Shown here one piece after another: positions 60,784-64,000 of a DNA stretch of 64,000 nucleotides. The position numbers and the translations under genes were made by a program. Under the pieces are notes generated by a model. It saw only the letters and a program-made list of their open reading frames with translations, made no database searches and was not told where the DNA came from. The number at the start of each line of letters is the position of its first letter. Positions within the stretch are counted from its first letter, which is position 1. Origin of the DNA: Phyllosticta citribraziliensis (lineage: Eukaryota); NCBI RefSeq assembly GCF_038025025.1, contig NW_027117350.1:1054001-1118000 (forward strand), written 5' to 3'.

Positions 60784-63505
60784 ATGGACACGAGTTACCT
60801 TGCGCAGCAAGTCACCAGCATCATCGGCCAGCTCCACGGCCTGTTTGATGACATTGGTGTTTCCAACCACGACCGCGACGCGCGCGAAGCAGAGGTTTGT
60901 CAATGCAAGCCTTCGGAGAATTTGCTTTCTGACGCGCGCTGCAGCTTTTTTCAGCTCTTTCCGAAACCCTGCAGAATCAGCTCAAGCTAGTAACCTCGTA
61001 TGTTGGCCCACGTATGACTGCAGCTCGAATCGCGTTGACCGTTGTGGGACAGAGAAAAGCAAGAAGCCGAAGAAGAATGCCGCCGCCTGATCAAGACCAT
61101 CAAGCAGCTCCAAGCTTCGCTTGAGGGCAGAAGCTCGCGCGATAGCTACGACCCCGAGGAAAGTGACGTACGAATTACATACCCGCTCAGCCGCTGCCTG
61201 CAAACCCTCAAGGAGCGACACAAGGCCATTGCAAAGGCGCATCGCGAGCGCTTCGAACAAGTCAAAAGTAAGCTTCGCGGCCTCTGGTGGAATCGCCGCT
61301 AACATGTGCAGAACTTGCGCAAGCACTCGAATCGTACGCGTCGCATCTCGAACCCTCTTTTCCGCAAATTCAACTCCCTCCAACCTCTCCTAATGCCAAG
61401 ATACCTGCCACTTTCGACGTCTCTCCCAATTACATCGAAGCGCTTGACCAAGAATTCTCCCGAGTTTACGAAGAGTACACGCGCCGCGTGGCTGTGGTCC
61501 AGACCATTGCCCAGGAAATAATTCAGCTTTGGGCCGAGCTCGGGACTCCACAGGCGCAAACAGACAGCAACATTGTCGAGTTCTCACGGGATGCTCCGGA
61601 GCAGCTGGGACTACACATTGACGATGTTGAGCGTTTGCGCATGAGGAAGGACAAGCTGGTGGAAGAAAAGCGTGGTAGAGAGCGTCGCCTGAACGAGTTG
61701 CGAAAAAATATCGAGGGCTTGTGGGATCGCTTGGGAGTCGAAGAGCCGGATCGTAAGAATTTCCTGGCCAACAATCGCGGATGTGGATTGCGGACGATCA
61801 ACGAGTATGAGGATGAGCTGTCCAGACTGAACGAACTCAAGCGCCAGAACCTTCATCTTTTCGTGGAGGATGCCAGGGACAGGTTGCAGCAACTGTGGGA
61901 CAGTCTGTACTTTTCCGAGGAGGAAATGCTCGACTTTACGCCAGCATTCTCAGGTGCGTATCGCGTTCAGCTTTCAGGTCGCATATCTAACACTCCCCAG
62001 ATGTCTATAGCGATGCGCTTCTTTCCGCACACGAAGCCGAGATTGAACGTCTGGAGGCTCTGAAAGAGCAGCGCGCGCCCGTTCTTACACTGGTTGACCG
62101 CCACCGTTCCCTGGTCAACGAAAGAGACGAACTCAACGCTGCTAGCCAGGATGCATCTCGTCTGATGGCGCGTGGTCAAAAGGGTGAGAGACGTGATCCT
62201 GGAAAATTGTTGAGGGAAGAAAAGATGAGAAAGAGGACTGCCAAAGAGCTGCCCAAGGTGGAAGCTGAATTGAGGCAGGCCCTTGAGAACTGGGAGGACG
62301 AGTACGGCAGGCCGTTCTTGGTCCACGGCGAGAGGTATCTCGAGGAGATTGAGGCGGCGTCTGCAAAGGCACCTGCACGATCAAAAACTCCAGGCGCCGG
62401 GTCAACCACACAGAGACCCACCTTGCACAAGCAGAGCAAGTCTGCGAGCGGACTTAATGAGCGCACAGGTACAATTTCTCGCGCCGGAAGCGTGCGAAGC
62501 GCTCAAGGTCCGCCATCACGATCCAAAACTCCAGTCTCAAACTTTTCCCAGAGCACCGCCAACTTTGGCAGCAGCAGAGCAGATTACAGCGGGATGAGCA
62601 GCATTTCGCGCGCCCACAACCCGTTTGCACAATCCACGAGCAGCATGCGCAGCACCAGCCCGACCAAGTCTGCGGGCGGTCGTGCTCCGCTGCGCAGCAT
62701 GCGTGACGGCAACAACTCGATTGACCGTCGACAACATCCAGTCAAAGACACAGACACGATTCGCGGCAATCCCAACCGCCCTCAAAGCCACACCATGGGC
62801 CCGCCCCGTGCACCTCCTCCCAAAATGAAGGACCTCTTTTCCACTCCTGGCCCCGACTCAGAGAACCATAGCCAGCTGGAGCGCTCCTCAAGCATCGTAC
62901 GCTCCATGGCACCCGAAGACCCGTACGAGGATTCCAATCGCTCGTACCTCTCCTTCATGCGCCCGGACTCAGCCATGAGCCGCAGCACCTTCAACACCAG
63001 CGTCCTCGGCGCCCACCACCACCCCATGGCGCCGCCTCCTCTCCGCAGCAGCGACCGCGAGCACCCCTCGCACTCGTCGCATCTCAGCAACCACCACTTC
63101 GAGCGCGAGGCGTCGTCGCGCCCCGACAGCGCCCGCACCAGCAACACGTCGTCGACGGTGCAGACCGGCGCCTCGGAGAACTGGGAGACGTACAGCGACG
63201 TGTCGTCCGACGCAGCCGGCGCCGCCCCTGAACCCGACGCCAGCGAGGCCTACTACGCCAAGCTGCGCGGCAACGGCTTCCACGGCACCATCAAAGCCGT
63301 GGGCGGTGGTGGCGGCGTCGAGGCGCCTCCACCGCTCTCGTACGTCCGCGGCCCCAAGAAGACGTACGGCGGCATCAGGGGCGCGGGCGCCGAGACGGAG
63401 ACGACGTATGAGGACGTCGACGGCCGCCTCGTTGGCGTCGTCAAGGGCAGCGTGAGCGACGCTGGCTGGACGGATGCTGATGGCGATGACCGGTCAGTTT
63501 TTTGA
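60784..63505 (+). CDS. ASE1: Spindle midzone microtubule bundler Ase1/PRC1/MAP65
   Basis: MDTSYLAQQV..LHGLFDDIG, LWDSLYFSEEE, RDPGKLLREEKMRKR..LPK and WEDEYGRPFLVHGERYL; four short introns. Confidence 0.92.
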
Positions 63506-64000
63506 GGTTGTTGCGGTGATGGGGGATGGGATGAAAAAGTTTTCTTTGGATTTGGGCACCTGCCTGCTGCTGGCTATTCGCTGTTGGTGGGTTGGAGTAG
63601 GGAGTGAGTGCGTGAGTGCAGATCTCACGACTGCCTGACTGGCTCGGTGGCTTTTGCTTTCGTTGGCTTTTATGCGGGATGTCGTTACGACTGATGGGTT
63701 CTATAGTCTGCTCTTCTCTTCTCTTCTCTTCTCTGTGGGACGGGGACGGGGGCGGGGAACGGAGATGCTTTTGCCCCATTTCTCCCCCTTCCCTCTCTTC
63801 TTCGTCCTTTACTTCTTCTTCTACTTTTCTCTTGTTGCTGGTTTCCTGCCTTCCTGGCTATCTATAAGGCCCGATGATATCTCCACGCTGAATTATTATT
63901 TTTCCTCCTCGTCACAACTCACTAGTCTGGCTGCATAATCTCTCTCTTTCTTTCTTTCTTTCTGCCCTCTCTTTGCTGTGCCGCCGCCGCCTTACCATCT

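Overview
Gene-dense, GC-rich chromosomal segment from a filamentous ascomycete (Pezizomycotina). The evidence is short GT-AG introns, mostly about 45-70 nt with CTRAC/CTAAC branch points, and fungal-type proteins; the exact taxon cannot be fixed from the sequence alone. I can support about 23 protein-coding loci, mostly core housekeeping genes: ARO80-like Zn2Cys6 factor, aprataxin/HNT3, a UBA/RWD DEAH helicase, a glycine-zipper protein, a PTS1 thioesterase, a RluA-family pseudouridine synthase, Mpv17/PXMP2, HEM3, a GNAT, TEL1/ATM, NUP192, MRP17, GCV3, a Gfo/Idh/MocA oxidoreductase, a methyltransferase, UBP1, ALB1, an NmrA-like gene, POT1, importin alpha, ASE1 and two uncharacterised genes. Six pairs are head-to-head with only about 300-440 bp between start codons. 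The main unexplained signal is a small dispersed element with four degenerate copies in the first 15.3 kb. It carries an internal 33-bp tandem array and, where ends survive, terminal inverted repeats beginning CACAGTGGG (the RSS/Transib heptamer), and one copy looks RIP-mutated. Other points are an apparent frameshift in the NmrA-like gene, a GC-AG intron required in ALB1, a decayed ~121-bp duplication and a possible structured RNA. No tRNA, rRNA, CRISPR array or autonomous transposon was seen. Exon boundaries were read by eye and may be off by a few bases.
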